Source: Nostocoides sp.
Lineage (GTDB): Bacteria; Actinomycetota; Actinomycetes; Actinomycetales; Dermatophilaceae
Direction: 5' to 3'
NCBI GenBank assembly: GCA_035442145.1
Contig: DAORPX010000001.1
Coordinates: forward strand, 1 to 54,462
DNA: 54,462 nucleotides
Shown one piece after another: positions 33,764 to 47,878 of the stretch. Both the position numbers and the translations under genes were made by a program. The notes below the pieces were generated by a model, which saw only the letters and a list, made by a program, of their open reading frames with translations, was not told the DNA's origin and searched no databases. Position 1 is the first letter of the stretch, and each line of letters opens with the position of its first letter.

Positions 33764-34543
33764 TCAGGTCCCGGTGAAGGTCGCCTTGCCGGGTCCGTCG
33801 GCAAGGAATGAGCGCATCCCCGCGTCGCGATCCTGCGTGGCGAAGAGCCCAGTGAAGAGCAGTCGTTCCAGCTCCAACCCGCTCTGCAGGTCGACTTCCA
33901 GTCCGCGATCGATGGCCTCCTTGGCCGCCCGCAGCGCGAGTGCCGGACCGCCCACATAGCGCGACATGCGCTCGCGCGCAGCGTCATACACCTCATCGGC
34001 GGGGACCATCTGATCGATGAGCCCGATCGCCAGCGCCTCCGGCGCGCCGACGAAACGGCCGCTGAAGATGAGGTCTTTGGCCACGGCCGGACCGACGAGC
34101 CGGGCCAGGCGCTGCGTGCCGCCCGCACCGGGGATGACGCCCAACAGGACCTCGGGTTGGCCGAGCTTGGCATCCTGCGCGGCGATGCGGAAGTCACAGG
34201 CTAGGGCGACCTCGCAGCCACCACCGAGGGCGTAGCCGGTGATCGCCGCCACGGTCGGCTTGGGAATCGCGGCCAGCGCCCGGGTGAATCCCTGCAGACC
34301 AACGGCAGCGCTCGCCATGTCCGTATAACTCATGGCCTGCATCTGCTTGATGTCGGCGCCCGCGGCGAACACCTTGGGCCCGCCATAGATGATGACGGCC
34401 GCGACCCGTGGATCATTGGAGGCGTCCGCGGCGGCCTGCGTCAATTCCTGCTGGACCTGCAGATTCAGGGCATTCATCGGCGGCCGATTGAGCGCGATCG
34501 TGCCGATCCCGTCCGCGATCTCGAGAGTGACGAAGTCCGCCAT
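33764..34543 (-). CDS. Enoyl-CoA hydratase/isomerase
   Basis: FAAGADI, GYALGGGCE, GQPEVLLGVIPGAGGTQRL. Confidence 0.93.
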   Translation of the reverse strand: MADFVTLEIADGIGTIALNRPPMNALNLQVQQELTQAAADASNDPRVAAVIIYGGPKVFAAGADIKQMQAMSYTDMASAAVGLQGFTRALAAIPKPTVAAITGYALGGGCEVALACDFRIAAQDAKLGQPEVLLGVIPGAGGTQRLARLVGPAVAKDLIFSGRFVGAPEALAIGLIDQMVPADEVYDAARERMSRYVGGPALALRAAKEAIDRGLEVDLQSGLELERLLFTGLFATQDRDAGMRSFLADGPGKATFTGT

Positions 34544-34545
34544 CG

Positions 34546-35115
34546 TCAGCCCTGCTGGCCGGAACCGTTGAGGCCGAATGCCGCCCCGGGTGCCTCCTGC
34601 TGCGCGGCCTCCTGGGCTGCGGCCTCTTGGGCTTGGAGTTCCGCGATCTTCTCCTCGCCGATGGCGCGCTGGTGCCAGAGGGAAACACCCTGCAGGACAA
34701 GGGGGATCGCCACCATCAGCAGGCTACGCACATCGGCGCCGCGCGGCAGCATGTGCTCGGTCGTGACGAGCAGGGTGTCCTCGGCCAACGCGGTCTTGAT
34801 CATGTTGAAGGCGATGTTGACGTCATTGCAGGCGCTGAGTCGCTCCAGCCGATCCTCCGGCACCGGCTCGGCGAGCCGCCACTGACCGAAGAGTCGCAGC
34901 ACCTGCGCCTCGTCGTCCGAGGCGCGAATGAAGAGCTGTTGGTCTTGAAAGGTGAAGGTGATGTCGCCATCGCTGTCGATGCTCGGGTCGAGCTCCAAGG
35001 CCGTGAGCGCCTCCATGAGTCGCTCCGACAGCGCGGGCTCGGGCGGCGCTTCACCGACGGTCGGCGGGGTGGAGCCAAATCCGGGCAAGTTGGGCAGGGC
35101 GGTGGGATCGGTCAT
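34546..35115 (-). CDS. Hypothetical protein, YbjN/T3SS-chaperone-like fold
   Basis: IDSDGDITF, LRLFGQW, ACNDVN..FNMIK pattern; AGGTTGAGG RBS. Confidence 0.6.
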   Translation of the reverse strand: MTDPTALPNLPGFGSTPPTVGEAPPEPALSERLMEALTALELDPSIDSDGDITFTFQDQQLFIRASDDEAQVLRLFGQWRLAEPVPEDRLERLSACNDVNIAFNMIKTALAEDTLLVTTEHMLPRGADVRSLLMVAIPLVLQGVSLWHQRAIGEEKIAELQAQEAAAQEAAQQEAPGAAFGLNGSGQQG

Positions 35116-35150
35116 TGCCTCAACCTATCTACTGAATAGGCTTGGCGACC

Positions 35151-37178
<2,028 letters not shown>

Positions 37179-37220
37179 GGACGCCAGCCACCCGCCCCGG
37201 TTTGAGGATAGGTTGATGAC

Positions 37221-39293
37221 GTGACCCGTGACACCCTCGCGACGACGCCGGCCACCGTTGACAGCACTGCCGATGACTTGCGAACGCGCGCACCGCAACT
37301 GCCGATCGGTCGCATACCCGTCCAGGATGTGACGCCACTGGTCGACTGTGGGGCGCGCCCGGCCAAGGCGGTGGTTGGGGAGACCTTCACCGTGACGGCA
37401 ACGGTCTTCCGTGAGGGGCATGACGCGGTCAATGCCACCGTCGTGCTCACCCGCCCCGATGGCTCGACCATCCACACCCCCATGGATTGCGTCAACCCGG
37501 GACTCAACCTGTGGGTGGCCCAGGTCACCCCAGACACCATGGGCTGGTGGACCTATCGGGTCGAAGGCTGGTCGGATCCGTTCGGGACGTGGGAGCACGA
37601 CGCCGCGATCAAGGTGGCGGCCGGGGTCGATGTCGAGCTCATGCTGACCGAAGGCGCCCTCCTCCTCGAGCGCGCGGCCGCCGACGCCGGGCGCAGCGGC
37701 CAGGGTCGGTTGATCCTGGACGAAGCCGTCGCACGCCTACGCGACGCGAGCCGCGATGCCACCGTGCGACTCCATGGCGGCATCCATCCCGACGTGCACG
37801 CCGAAATGCTTGCCCAACCGGTGCGCGAGCATGTCAGTCCCACCCCTGACTACCCGCTGCTCGTGGAACGCGAGCGGGCGCTCTACGGGGCCTGGTACGA
37901 GATCTTCCCGCGCTCCGAGGGCGCCCACATCGACGAGAGCAGTGGTGACTGGATCTCGGGGAACTTCGCCACCGCGGCCAAGCGCCTGCCGGCCATCGCG
38001 GCCATGGGCTTCGACGTCGTCTATCTCACGCCCATTCACCCGATCGGACGGGCCGCTCGCAAGGGCCCGAACAACACCCTCAACGCCAGCCCCAAGGATC
38101 CGGGCAGTCCGTATGCCATCGGCTCCCCGGACGGCGGGCACGACGCGATCCACCCCGATCTGGGCACCTTCGCCGACTTCGACGCTTTCGTCGCCGAAGC
38201 CGCACGCCTGGGGCTCGAGGTCGCGATGGACATCGCGCTGCAAGCCTCGCCCGACCACCCCTGGGTCCAGAGCCACCCCGAGTTCTTCACCAAGCGGGCG
38301 GACGGCACGATCGCCTACGCCGAAAACCCGCCGAAGAAGTACCAAGACATTTACCCGCTGAACCTCGACAACGATCCGGCCGGTGCCTACGCCGAGGTGC
38401 GCCGAGTCATCCAGGTGTGGATCGATCACGGGGTCAAGATCTTCCGGGTCGACAACCCGCATACCAAGCCGGTGCAGTTCTGGCAGTGGCTGATCGACGA
38501 TGTGGCCAAGGATCATCCCGACGTTATCTGGCTGGCCGAGGCCTTCACCAAGCCGGCAATGATGCACACGCTCGGCAAGATCGGCTTCCAGCAGAGCTAC
38601 ACCTACTACGCCTGGCGGAACGCACCGTGGGAACTGCGGGAGTATGTCGAGGAGCTCGCAAATGCCACGGCCCCATACATGCGGCCCAGCTTTTGGCCGA
38701 CCACGCACGACATCCTCACGCCCTATATGCAGTTCGGTGGGGTCGCGGCCTGGAAGCTGCGCGCAGCGCTCGCGGCGACGCTGGTGCCGACCTATGGCAT
38801 CTACACCGGTTACGAACTCATGGAGCATGTGGCCCGCCCCGGCGCCGAAGAGCAGATCGACAACGAGAAGTACCAGTACAAGGATCGCCGGTGGGCCGAC
38901 TACGAGGCCGGGGGCCCCAAGGCGGGCCAGACCCTCGCCCCCTACCTGACCCGGCTCAATGAGATCCGCCGGGCGCATCCGAGCCTGCACTGGCTGCGCA
39001 ATATCACCTTCCATGAGGTGGCCGATGAGAACCTGCTCTGTTTCTCCAAGCGGCGCATCCTGCCCAATGGCGAGGAAGACATCATCATCGTTGTCGCCAA
39101 TCTGGACCCGCACACCACGCGCAGCTCGCAGGTCCGGCTGAATATGGCGGCGCTGCAGATGGACTGGGGCGACAGCTTCACTGCGCACGATCTCATCACC
39201 GGTGCCGAATGGCTGTGGTGGGAGCGCAACTTCGTGCGGCTCGGCCCCGAAGGCGAACCGGTGCACATCATGCATGTGCGTCGGCACGGCTGA
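37221..39293 (+). CDS. glgE: Alpha-1,4-glucan:maltose-1-phosphate maltosyltransferase
   Basis: FREGHDAV, WYEIFPRS, YAENPPKKYQDIYP, FRVDNPHTKP. Confidence 0.96.
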   Translation: MTRDTLATTPATVDSTADDLRTRAPQLPIGRIPVQDVTPLVDCGARPAKAVVGETFTVTATVFREGHDAVNATVVLTRPDGSTIHTPMDCVNPGLNLWVAQVTPDTMGWWTYRVEGWSDPFGTWEHDAAIKVAAGVDVELMLTEGALLLERAAADAGRSGQGRLILDEAVARLRDASRDATVRLHGGIHPDVHAEMLAQPVREHVSPTPDYPLLVERERALYGAWYEIFPRSEGAHIDESSGDWISGNFATAAKRLPAIAAMGFDVVYLTPIHPIGRAARKGPNNTLNASPKDPGSPYAIGSPDGGHDAIHPDLGTFADFDAFVAEAARLGLEVAMDIALQASPDHPWVQSHPEFFTKRADGTIAYAENPPKKYQDIYPLNLDNDPAGAYAEVRRVIQVWIDHGVKIFRVDNPHTKPVQFWQWLIDDVAKDHPDVIWLAEAFTKPAMMHTLGKIGFQQSYTYYAWRNAPWELREYVEELANATAPYMRPSFWPTTHDILTPYMQFGGVAAWKLRAALAATLVPTYGIYTGYELMEHVARPGAEEQIDNEKYQYKDRRWADYEAGGPKAGQTLAPYLTRLNEIRRAHPSLHWLRNITFHEVADENLLCFSKRRILPNGEEDIIIVVANLDPHTTRSSQVRLNMAALQMDWGDSFTAHDLITGAEWLWWERNFVRLGPEGEPVHIMHVRRHG

Positions 39294-39299
39294 GGCGTC

Positions 39300-40727
39300 A
39301 TGGCGATCCTCCATCACGGTGCCACGCTCACCCCGGCCAAGGTGGACCTGGTCGAGGGGTGGATCGGTGCCCAGCGTTGGTATGCGGCCAAGGGTCGCGT
39401 GCCACGCCTGACGCGGCTCTTCAGCTGGCGCCTGGAGGACCCGGAGGGCCAGGTGGGCATCGAAACCCTGATCCTCTCGGACGACGCAAGCACTCCCCCG
39501 GTGACCTATCAGGTCCCGCTCACCTACCGCTCGGCCCCGCTGCCGGGTGCCGCGCACGCACTCGTTGGGACCATCGAGCACTCGGTCCTGGGGACCCGCT
39601 ATGTGTATGACGCGCCACACGACCCGGTGTATGCCGCCCAGCTCTTCGCGCTGGCGACCGGCCAGGCCGCCGCGGCCTCCGCGCGGGTGAGCGACGCGGT
39701 GGAGGATGCGGTGCGCGGCACTGGGACGGATCGCGGCCTGCTGGTGCACAGTTCTACCGTCCTGTCCGGGGAGCAGTCCAACACCTCGATCATCGCCATG
39801 GCGCGCGATGCCGAGGGGCTCGACCATCCGGTGATCACCAAGGTCTTTCGGGCGTTGGCGGCGGGCGAGAACCCTGACGTGGTCCTCCAAGGAGCGTTGG
39901 CCCGCGCCGGCAGCACCCGGGTGCCGGCGAGCCTGGGCGCGGTGACTGGGTCCTGGCCGAGCCCCGACGGGACCTCGTGCACCGGGGATCTGGCCTTCGC
40001 GCAGGAGTTCCTACCGGGCGCGCAGGACGCCTGGCGGGAGGCGCTGGTCGCCGCGAGCCAGGGCCGGGATTTCACGCGCCCGGCCCGCGAGTTGGGGGCA
40101 GCAACCGCCGAAGTCCACGCGCTCCTGGCGACACAGCTGGCACGCGAGGCGGCCGACGAGAGCCGGATTCAGCACAGCGTCCTTGAGATGCGGGGCCGCT
40201 TGCGCGATGCGCTGGCAGCGGTCCCGCAACTCCACGCGTACGCACCCGCCATCGACGCGACCTTCCGGGCCGCTGCCGAGGCCTCCTGGCCGGACTTCCA
40301 GCGGATCCACGGGGATTTCCACCTCGGCCAGGTCCTCGATGTGCCCGACCGGGGGTGGGTGCTCCTGGATTTCGAGGGGGAGCCACTGCGCCCCCTGGCC
40401 GAGCGCAACCGCAGCGACCAACCGCTGCGGGATGTCGCCGGCATGCTGCGCTCGTTCGACTACGCCGGCGGATCGGTCGAGCAACAGAACCGGGGGGTGT
40501 CGGCCCGGGCCTGGGTGGCCGCGACGCAAGACGCCTTCCTCGACGGCTACACGCGCGCGGCCGGCAGCGACCCGCGTCATACGGGCCCCCTGCTCACCGC
40601 CTTCATCATCGACAAGGCGCTCTACGAGGTCGTCTACGAAGCCCGAAACCGGCCCGCGTGGGTTCCCATCCCGCTCGCCGCCATCGACCGTCTGCTGGCG
40701 CGTGCCGCAGACTCCAAGGAGGACTGA
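39300..40727 (+). CDS. mak: Maltokinase (Mak/Pep2)
   Basis: QRWYAAKG, YQVPL, EQSNTS, IHGDFHLGQVL, LDFEGEP, DVAGMLRSFDY, KALYEVVYE. Confidence 0.9.
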   Translation: MAILHHGATLTPAKVDLVEGWIGAQRWYAAKGRVPRLTRLFSWRLEDPEGQVGIETLILSDDASTPPVTYQVPLTYRSAPLPGAAHALVGTIEHSVLGTRYVYDAPHDPVYAAQLFALATGQAAAASARVSDAVEDAVRGTGTDRGLLVHSSTVLSGEQSNTSIIAMARDAEGLDHPVITKVFRALAAGENPDVVLQGALARAGSTRVPASLGAVTGSWPSPDGTSCTGDLAFAQEFLPGAQDAWREALVAASQGRDFTRPARELGAATAEVHALLATQLAREAADESRIQHSVLEMRGRLRDALAAVPQLHAYAPAIDATFRAAAEASWPDFQRIHGDFHLGQVLDVPDRGWVLLDFEGEPLRPLAERNRSDQPLRDVAGMLRSFDYAGGSVEQQNRGVSARAWVAATQDAFLDGYTRAAGSDPRHTGPLLTAFIIDKALYEVVYEARNRPAWVPIPLAAIDRLLARAADSKED

Positions 40728-40728
40728 C

Positions 40729-42923
40729 ATGCCTACTCCCCCCAGCGCATTGCCCGGTGCGCGCTGGTCCCTGGCCAACGGCCGGCACCAGCAGCCGCAT
40801 GACCTGCTCGGTCAGCATCTGGAGAGCGAGGGCCTGCGGATCCGGGCCATGAGACCGCTGGCACAGCGGGTCCGGGTGCGTTTCGAGAACGGGGAATTCC
40901 TCGAACTCGAGCACGAGTCCGATGGCATCTGGAGCGGGGTGCGCACCGATGCGAGTAGCACCCTGGACTACCGGATCCGCACCACCTGGGCCGATGGCAT
41001 CGAGCACGAGCACGACGACCCGTACCGGTTCGCACCGACCGTCGGCGAGGTCGATCGCTTCTTGATCAACGAGGGCCGACACGAGCGCCTCTGGGAGATC
41101 CTCGGCGCCCACATCCACACATATGACGGCCCGCTCGGCCGGGTGAGCGGCACCTCCTTTGCCGTGTGGGCACCGCGCGCCAAGGCGATCTCGGTCGTTG
41201 GCGACTTCAACGGGTGGGACGACAGCTCCCATCCGATGCGGCTCTTGGGGAACTCGGGGATCTGGGAACTCTTCGTCCCCGGGGTGGGTGCCGGAACGAC
41301 ATACAAGTACCGGATCCGCGGTGCGGACGATGTGGAACGCGACAAGGCCGACCCCATGGCACAGCGGACCGAGGTGCCGCCGCGCTCGGGGTCGGTGGTC
41401 CACCACTCGCACTATCAGTGGGACGACGGGGAGTGGGAGCAGGCCAAGCGGGAGCGCAACCCGCACACGGGACCCTTGTCGATCTACGAGGTGCACTTGG
41501 GCTCGTGGCGCGCCGGCATGAGCTATGTCGACCTCGCCGAGCATCTGGTCAACTACGTCAGCGACCTGGGTTTCACGCACGTCGAGTTCATGCCGGTGAT
41601 GGAGCATCCCTACGGGCCGTCCTGGGGTTATCAGGTCACCGGCTACTACGCGCCGACATCGCGCTTCGGGTCACCGGACGAATTCAAGTATCTCGTCGAC
41701 AGGCTCCACCAGGCTGGCATTGGGGTCATTCTGGACTGGGTTCCCGCGCACTTCCCGCGCGATGACTGGGCCTTGGCCAAGTTCGACGGATTGGCGCTCT
41801 ATGAGCACGCCGACCCGCGCCGAGGCGACCAGCCCGACTGGGGCACCCACATCTTCGACTTCGGGCGCAAGGAGGTGCGCAACTTCCTGGTGGCCAACGC
41901 GCTGTACTGGATGCAGGAGTTCCACGCCGATGGCATCCGTGTCGACGCCGTGGCCTCGATGCTCTATCTCGACTATTCGCGGCGCAGCGGTGAGTGGCTG
42001 CCGAACCAGTATGGCGGCCGGGAGAACCTCGAGGCGATCGGCCTGCTGCAGGAGACCAACGCCACCGCGTACAAGAACTCCCCCGGCATCATCAGCGTCG
42101 CCGAGGAGTCGACCTCGTGGCCGGGCGTCACCAAGGAAACCGCGAATGGCGGGCTCGGGTTCGGGTTCAAGTGGAATATGGGCTGGATGAACGACTCGCT
42201 GCGCTACCTGCAGCGGGACCCGATCCACCGCCAGTACCACCACAACCTGCTGACCTTCTCGCTGATGTATGCCTACAGCGAGAACTACGTGCTGCCCATC
42301 AGCCACGACGAGGTGGTGCACGGCAAGGGGTCCTTGCTGGGCAAGATCCCTGGGCACCGCTACGACCAGTTGGCCACCTTGCGCGCCTACCTGGCCTACA
42401 TCTGGTCGCATCCGGGCAAACAGTTGATCTTCATGGGATGCGAGTTCGCCCAGCCGTCGGAGTGGGCCGATGGTCGCTCCCTCGACTGGTGGTTGCTCGA
42501 TCACCCGGCGCACTACCGCGTCCACAACCTCGTCAAGGAACTCAACCGGATCTACAAGGGTCATGAGGCGATGTGGGCGCAGGATTCCAGCCCAGCCGGC
42601 TTCGAATGGCTCAACCCGCACGACCATGCCGGAAACACCTTGAGCTATGTCCGGTTCGGCAAGGAGGACCGGGGCGGCAACTCGGCCGTGGTCGCCGTCA
42701 TCAACTTCGGCGGCGACGCTCGCGATGGCCGGCGCGTCGGCGTGCCCTATCCCGGAGAGTGGGAAGTTATCCTCGACACCTCCGGTTTCGATGAGTTCGG
42801 CTCGCCGTCGCAGGCCGGGGTGGTGCTGAGCGCGCACGAGGAACCGTGGGACAACCAGCCCTACTCGGTCGTGTTGTCCGTGCCCAAGCTGTCCGCCGTA
42901 TATCTGGCACCGAAGGCGGCGGA

Positions 42924-42927
<4 letters not shown>
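40729..42927 (+). CDS. glgB: 1,4-alpha-glucan branching enzyme
   Basis: AAGGAGG RBS; [49 protein letters not shown]. Confidence 0.97.
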
Positions 42928-44584
<1,657 letters not shown>

Positions 44585-44588
<4 letters not shown>

Positions 44589-45079
44589 TCGCGCAGCGGG
44601 CCCGGGTGACCGGGCTCGTGGCCGAAGACCAAGCTGGTGCGGCTGTGTGCCACGGCCGGGTTGGTCGTCACCTTCTCCAGGATCCAATCGCGCAAGTAGC
44701 TCGCGGACGGGACGGCGACATGCAAGATGTAGTCGTCATCCCCCGCGACATGGAAGCTCTGGAGCACCTCCGGTAACCGCGGCACGGTGGCAGTGAAGGC
44801 GTCGATGTGCCGCCGATCGTGCGCCCGCAACCGGATGGCGACCATGGCCTGGACTGGCCGGCCCACCTGCTCGGGGTCGATGTCGGCGTGAAAGCCGCGC
44901 ACCACGCCGCGGTCCTGGAGCTGGCGCACGCGCAGCAGCGCGGTCGACGCCGCGACGCCGGCGCGTGCCGCCAGCCGATTGTTCGCCAGGCGTCCGTCGG
45001 CGATCAGGGCCCGCAGCAGCGCCAGGTCGACCTCGTCGAGGTCGCTGTCCGATCGTAGATCCTTCGACACACTGCCCAT
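44585..45079 (-). CDS. Lrp/AsnC family regulator
   Basis: [29 protein letters not shown]; start may be GTG 45070. Confidence 0.92.
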
Positions 45080-45182
45080 CCTAGGCGCGTGCGTTCAGAG
45101 GAAATCGCTTGCATCGCTCCGATGGTGACGGATTGTTCGACTGGGGAGACACCCTGTCGCATGATCTGCGACTCTGAAGGGT

Positions 45183-46355
45183 ATGACGACGATGTCCGAT
45201 CTGCACTTCGCCACTGCGGCCGTTCACGCTGGTCGCGCCGATCTCGGTGAGCTGGGGGTCCACGCCCTGCCGATCGACCTGTCGACGACCTACCCGCTGT
45301 CGGATGTCGAGGCCGGCGGCGCAGCATACGACCAGTTCGCCGGCGGGGGCACCCCACGCACCGGCGACTCCTTCGTCTACGGGCGATTGTGGAACCCGAC
45401 GGTCGCACGCTTCGAAGACGCGCTCGCACACCTCGAGGGTGGCAGCGATGCGGTCGCCTTCGCCACCGGTATGGCGGCCGTGACCGCCGTCCTGATGGCC
45501 ACCGTCGCCAGCGGCAAGCCCCATGTCGTTGCGGTGCGTCCCCTGTATGGCGGCACCGACCACCTGCTCGCAACCGGCTTGCTCGGGACCCAGGTCACCT
45601 ACGCCCGGCCGCAGGAGGTCGCCGCGGCGATCACCGACCAGACCGGTCTGGTGATCCTGGAATCCCCCGGCAACCCCACGCTCGACCTGATCGACATCGG
45701 TGCCGTCGTCGCGGCCGCCGGGTCGGTCCCGGTCCTGGTGGACAACACCTTCGCCACACCTGTCCTCCAGCGCCCCTTGGAGCATGGCGCCAGCATCGTC
45801 TTGCACTCGGCGACGAAGTTCCTCGGTGGCCACGGTGATGCCCTCGGCGGTGTCATCGTCACCGACGCCGAGACCGCCCAGCGGATCCGCCCGATCCGCG
45901 CGATCACCGGCTCGATCCTGCACCCCATGGCGGCCTATCTGCTGCACCGGGGTCTGCCCACGCTGCCGATCCGGGTGGAGCGGCAACAGCGCAGCGCCAC
46001 CACCATTGCAGCTGCTCTGGCGCAGCACCCGGCGGTGCGCCGCGTCCTGCACCCCTCGCTTCCCGGCGCGAACGCCCACGGCCTTATCGGTCGCCAGATG
46101 TCCGGACCAGGATCGGTCCTGGCGTTCGAGCTGGCGGGCGGCTACGAGGCGGCCCTGACCACCGCCAAGCGCGTCCAGCTGATCACGCACGCGGTCTCGC
46201 TCGGCGGCGTCGACACGCTCATCCAGCACCCGGCCGGCCTGACCCACCGCCCCGTCGCGGCGCAAGCCAAGCCCAGCGAAGGCATCTTGCGGCTGTCCGT
46301 CGGCCTCGAGGACCCCGCCGACCTGCTGGCAGACCTCGAGCACGCCATCTGCTGA
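45183..46355 (+). CDS. PLP-dependent trans-sulfuration enzyme (methionine gamma-lyase / cystathionine gamma-synthase family)
   Basis: YGRLWNPT, FATGMAA, ESPGNP, VDNTFATP, HSATKFLGGHGD, AVSLGG, RLSVGLED. Confidence 0.92.
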   Translation: MTTMSDLHFATAAVHAGRADLGELGVHALPIDLSTTYPLSDVEAGGAAYDQFAGGGTPRTGDSFVYGRLWNPTVARFEDALAHLEGGSDAVAFATGMAAVTAVLMATVASGKPHVVAVRPLYGGTDHLLATGLLGTQVTYARPQEVAAAITDQTGLVILESPGNPTLDLIDIGAVVAAAGSVPVLVDNTFATPVLQRPLEHGASIVLHSATKFLGGHGDALGGVIVTDAETAQRIRPIRAITGSILHPMAAYLLHRGLPTLPIRVERQQRSATTIAAALAQHPAVRRVLHPSLPGANAHGLIGRQMSGPGSVLAFELAGGYEAALTTAKRVQLITHAVSLGGVDTLIQHPAGLTHRPVAAQAKPSEGILRLSVGLEDPADLLADLEHAIC

Positions 46356-46378
46356 GTCCTCGCAACCACGCGGCGCAG

Positions 46379-46404
46379 TGCTCATCCCTCGGGAAGGATG
46401 AGCA
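46379..46404 (+). terminator. Hairpin after the PLP lyase gene
   Basis: TGCTCATCC-CTCGGGAA-GGATGAGCA, 9-bp stem, no U-tract. Confidence 0.5.
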
Positions 46405-46503
46405 GCTCGATGTCGGTCGCCGAAGGTGAGGGCGCAGTCGCCTCTACCGGGAGGGGCCGATCGCGGCATACAGTGAGTTCTTCCGGGACAGATCGGAGTG
46501 CCC

Positions 46504-46866
46504 ATGCAAAGCACAGTGACGACCGTTGATGACTACCTGGCCGAGGTTCCGCAGGGTCGCCGCGAGATCCTGACGAGACTGCGCGACGAGTGCCGTATCC
46601 GGCTAAGCGGTCACGCGGAGGGGATGTACTACGGGATGCCGGGCTACGCCCGAGATGACGTGGTCGAGGTCGCCTTCGCCAGCCAGAAGCAGTACATCTC
46701 GGTGTACATCCTCAAGGCCGAGGTCCTCGACGCCCACCGAGACCGACTGGGAGCGGCTTCGGTCGGCAAGGGATGTATCCGCTATCGGCGCCCGGAGGCT
46801 ATCGACCTTGAGGTGATCGGATCGCTCTTGGACGCAACGCATAACTCCCGCGCGCCGATCTGCTAG
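46504..46866 (+). CDS. DUF1801 (YdhG-like) protein
   Basis: VDDYLAEVP, YGMPGY, FASQKQYISVY, GKGCIRY. Confidence 0.85.
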   Translation: MQSTVTTVDDYLAEVPQGRREILTRLRDECRIRLSGHAEGMYYGMPGYARDDVVEVAFASQKQYISVYILKAEVLDAHRDRLGAASVGKGCIRYRRPEAIDLEVIGSLLDATHNSRAPIC

Positions 46867-46961
46867 CCGATTCCTCCCGCGCATGAACCGGCTTCGCGTT
46901 CCCCCGCGGTAGCAGCCCCTGGATGTCTCACTGAGCTCTCCTGTGTGTCACAATTGTCTCA

Positions 46962-46999
46962 CAACGGAACAAACGAAAGCGCTTGCGTTTGTTCCGTTG
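46962..46999. promoter_or_regulatory. 38-bp near-perfect palindrome; probable autoregulatory operator of the HTH/PIN module
   Basis: CAACGGAACAAACG-A-AAGCGCTT-G-CGTTTGTTCCGTTG, one mismatch, directly before the GAGGAG RBS. Confidence 0.7.
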
Positions 47000-47015
47000 A
47001 CGAGAGGAGTCGGAC

Positions 47016-47546
47016 ATGGGCGTCCAAAGTCTTGGACAGCAGACGTACCTGCCGGAGCAGCCGGAGCAGATGGCGAAGGTGTACAGCTTTCTGCAGGCCC
47101 ACGAGTCGGCGACCGGCGCGGCGCCCGCGCCCCGGTACCTGCTGGTGGGCGCGGATGAGCACGACAGCGTGGAGCTGCCGGAGGGGGTCTACCGGATCCT
47201 TCGCCAGGTCGTTGCGGCGCTTCAGGCCGGACAGGCGGTGACGGTGGCTCCGCAGACCAAGATGCTCACCACCCAGCAGGCGGCGGACCTGCTCGGGGTG
47301 AGCCGGCCGACGGTGGTCAAGCTGATCGAGGACGGCCGTCTCGAGGCCGAGACTCCCGGTACGCGGCGCCGGTTGATTCGTCTCGATGAGGCACTGCGCT
47401 ACCGCAAGGCCCGACGGGAGGAGCAGTACCAGGCGATCTTCGCGACCTCCGAGGCTTACGACGACGAACCGAGCCAACAGATCGTCGAGGAGCAGCTTCG
47501 TCGCGTCCGCACCGACATCGCCGCGACGAGGCGCGTGCGCGGATGA
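47016..47546 (+). CDS. Excisionase-type HTH DNA-binding protein (probable antitoxin partner of a PIN protein)
   Basis: VELPEGVYRILRQVV, LTTQQAADLLGVSRPTVVKLIEDG, RRLIRLDEAL.Y; GAGGAG RBS. Confidence 0.88.
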   Translation: MGVQSLGQQTYLPEQPEQMAKVYSFLQAHESATGAAPAPRYLLVGADEHDSVELPEGVYRILRQVVAALQAGQAVTVAPQTKMLTTQQAADLLGVSRPTVVKLIEDGRLEAETPGTRRRLIRLDEALRYRKARREEQYQAIFATSEAYDDEPSQQIVEEQLRRVRTDIAATRRVRG

Positions 47547-47830
47547 GGGTGCGAAGCACCTGACGCGTGGCGCAAAGCCTGAGGAAGCGGCCTCGCGTGC
47601 TGAGCATCTCTTGACGCAGATGCTCACCCACTTCGACGACGCCATGGTTCACCGGCTGGGAATTCGCCGCCGACACTGTCGACGTCAACCCGCTGCATGC
47701 GGTCGCCGCGCTGAAGCAGATCGCGGCCCGGTCACACCCGCGCCTTTCCGTCGATGAGCTGCTCGTCCTGCTCCGCGACCGCTATGGGATGGACGAGGCC
47801 GTCGAACTCATCGCGCCCTACATCGACTGA
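47543..47830 (+). pseudogene. Remnant of a PIN-domain toxin gene (deletions and frameshifts)
   Basis: ATGA-coupled MRV start, then out-of-frame fragments ..LLTQMLTHFDDAMV and TGWEFAADTVDVNPLHAVAALKQIAARS..VDELLVLLRDRYGM..IAPYID*; expected acidic catalytic motifs absent. Confidence 0.6.
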
Positions 47831-47878
47831 CGCTGCTGGACGTCTCACTCACCACCCGGTACACGGCCGCGGAGCGGC

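Noticed and set aside
40183-40728. Mak-GlgB fusion or extended GlgB
   Set aside because: mak ends with TGA at 40727 in another frame, and glgB has its own AAGGAGG RBS and ATG at 40729.
45080-45182. SAM riboswitch or T-box upstream of the methionine-related genes
   Set aside because: The intergenic region is short with no recognisable aptamer motifs; a divergent Lrp explains the regulation.
47016-47546. Prophage/ICE excisionase marking an integrated element
   Set aside because: No integrase, att repeats or phage genes are visible; the context fits an HTH-PIN module.
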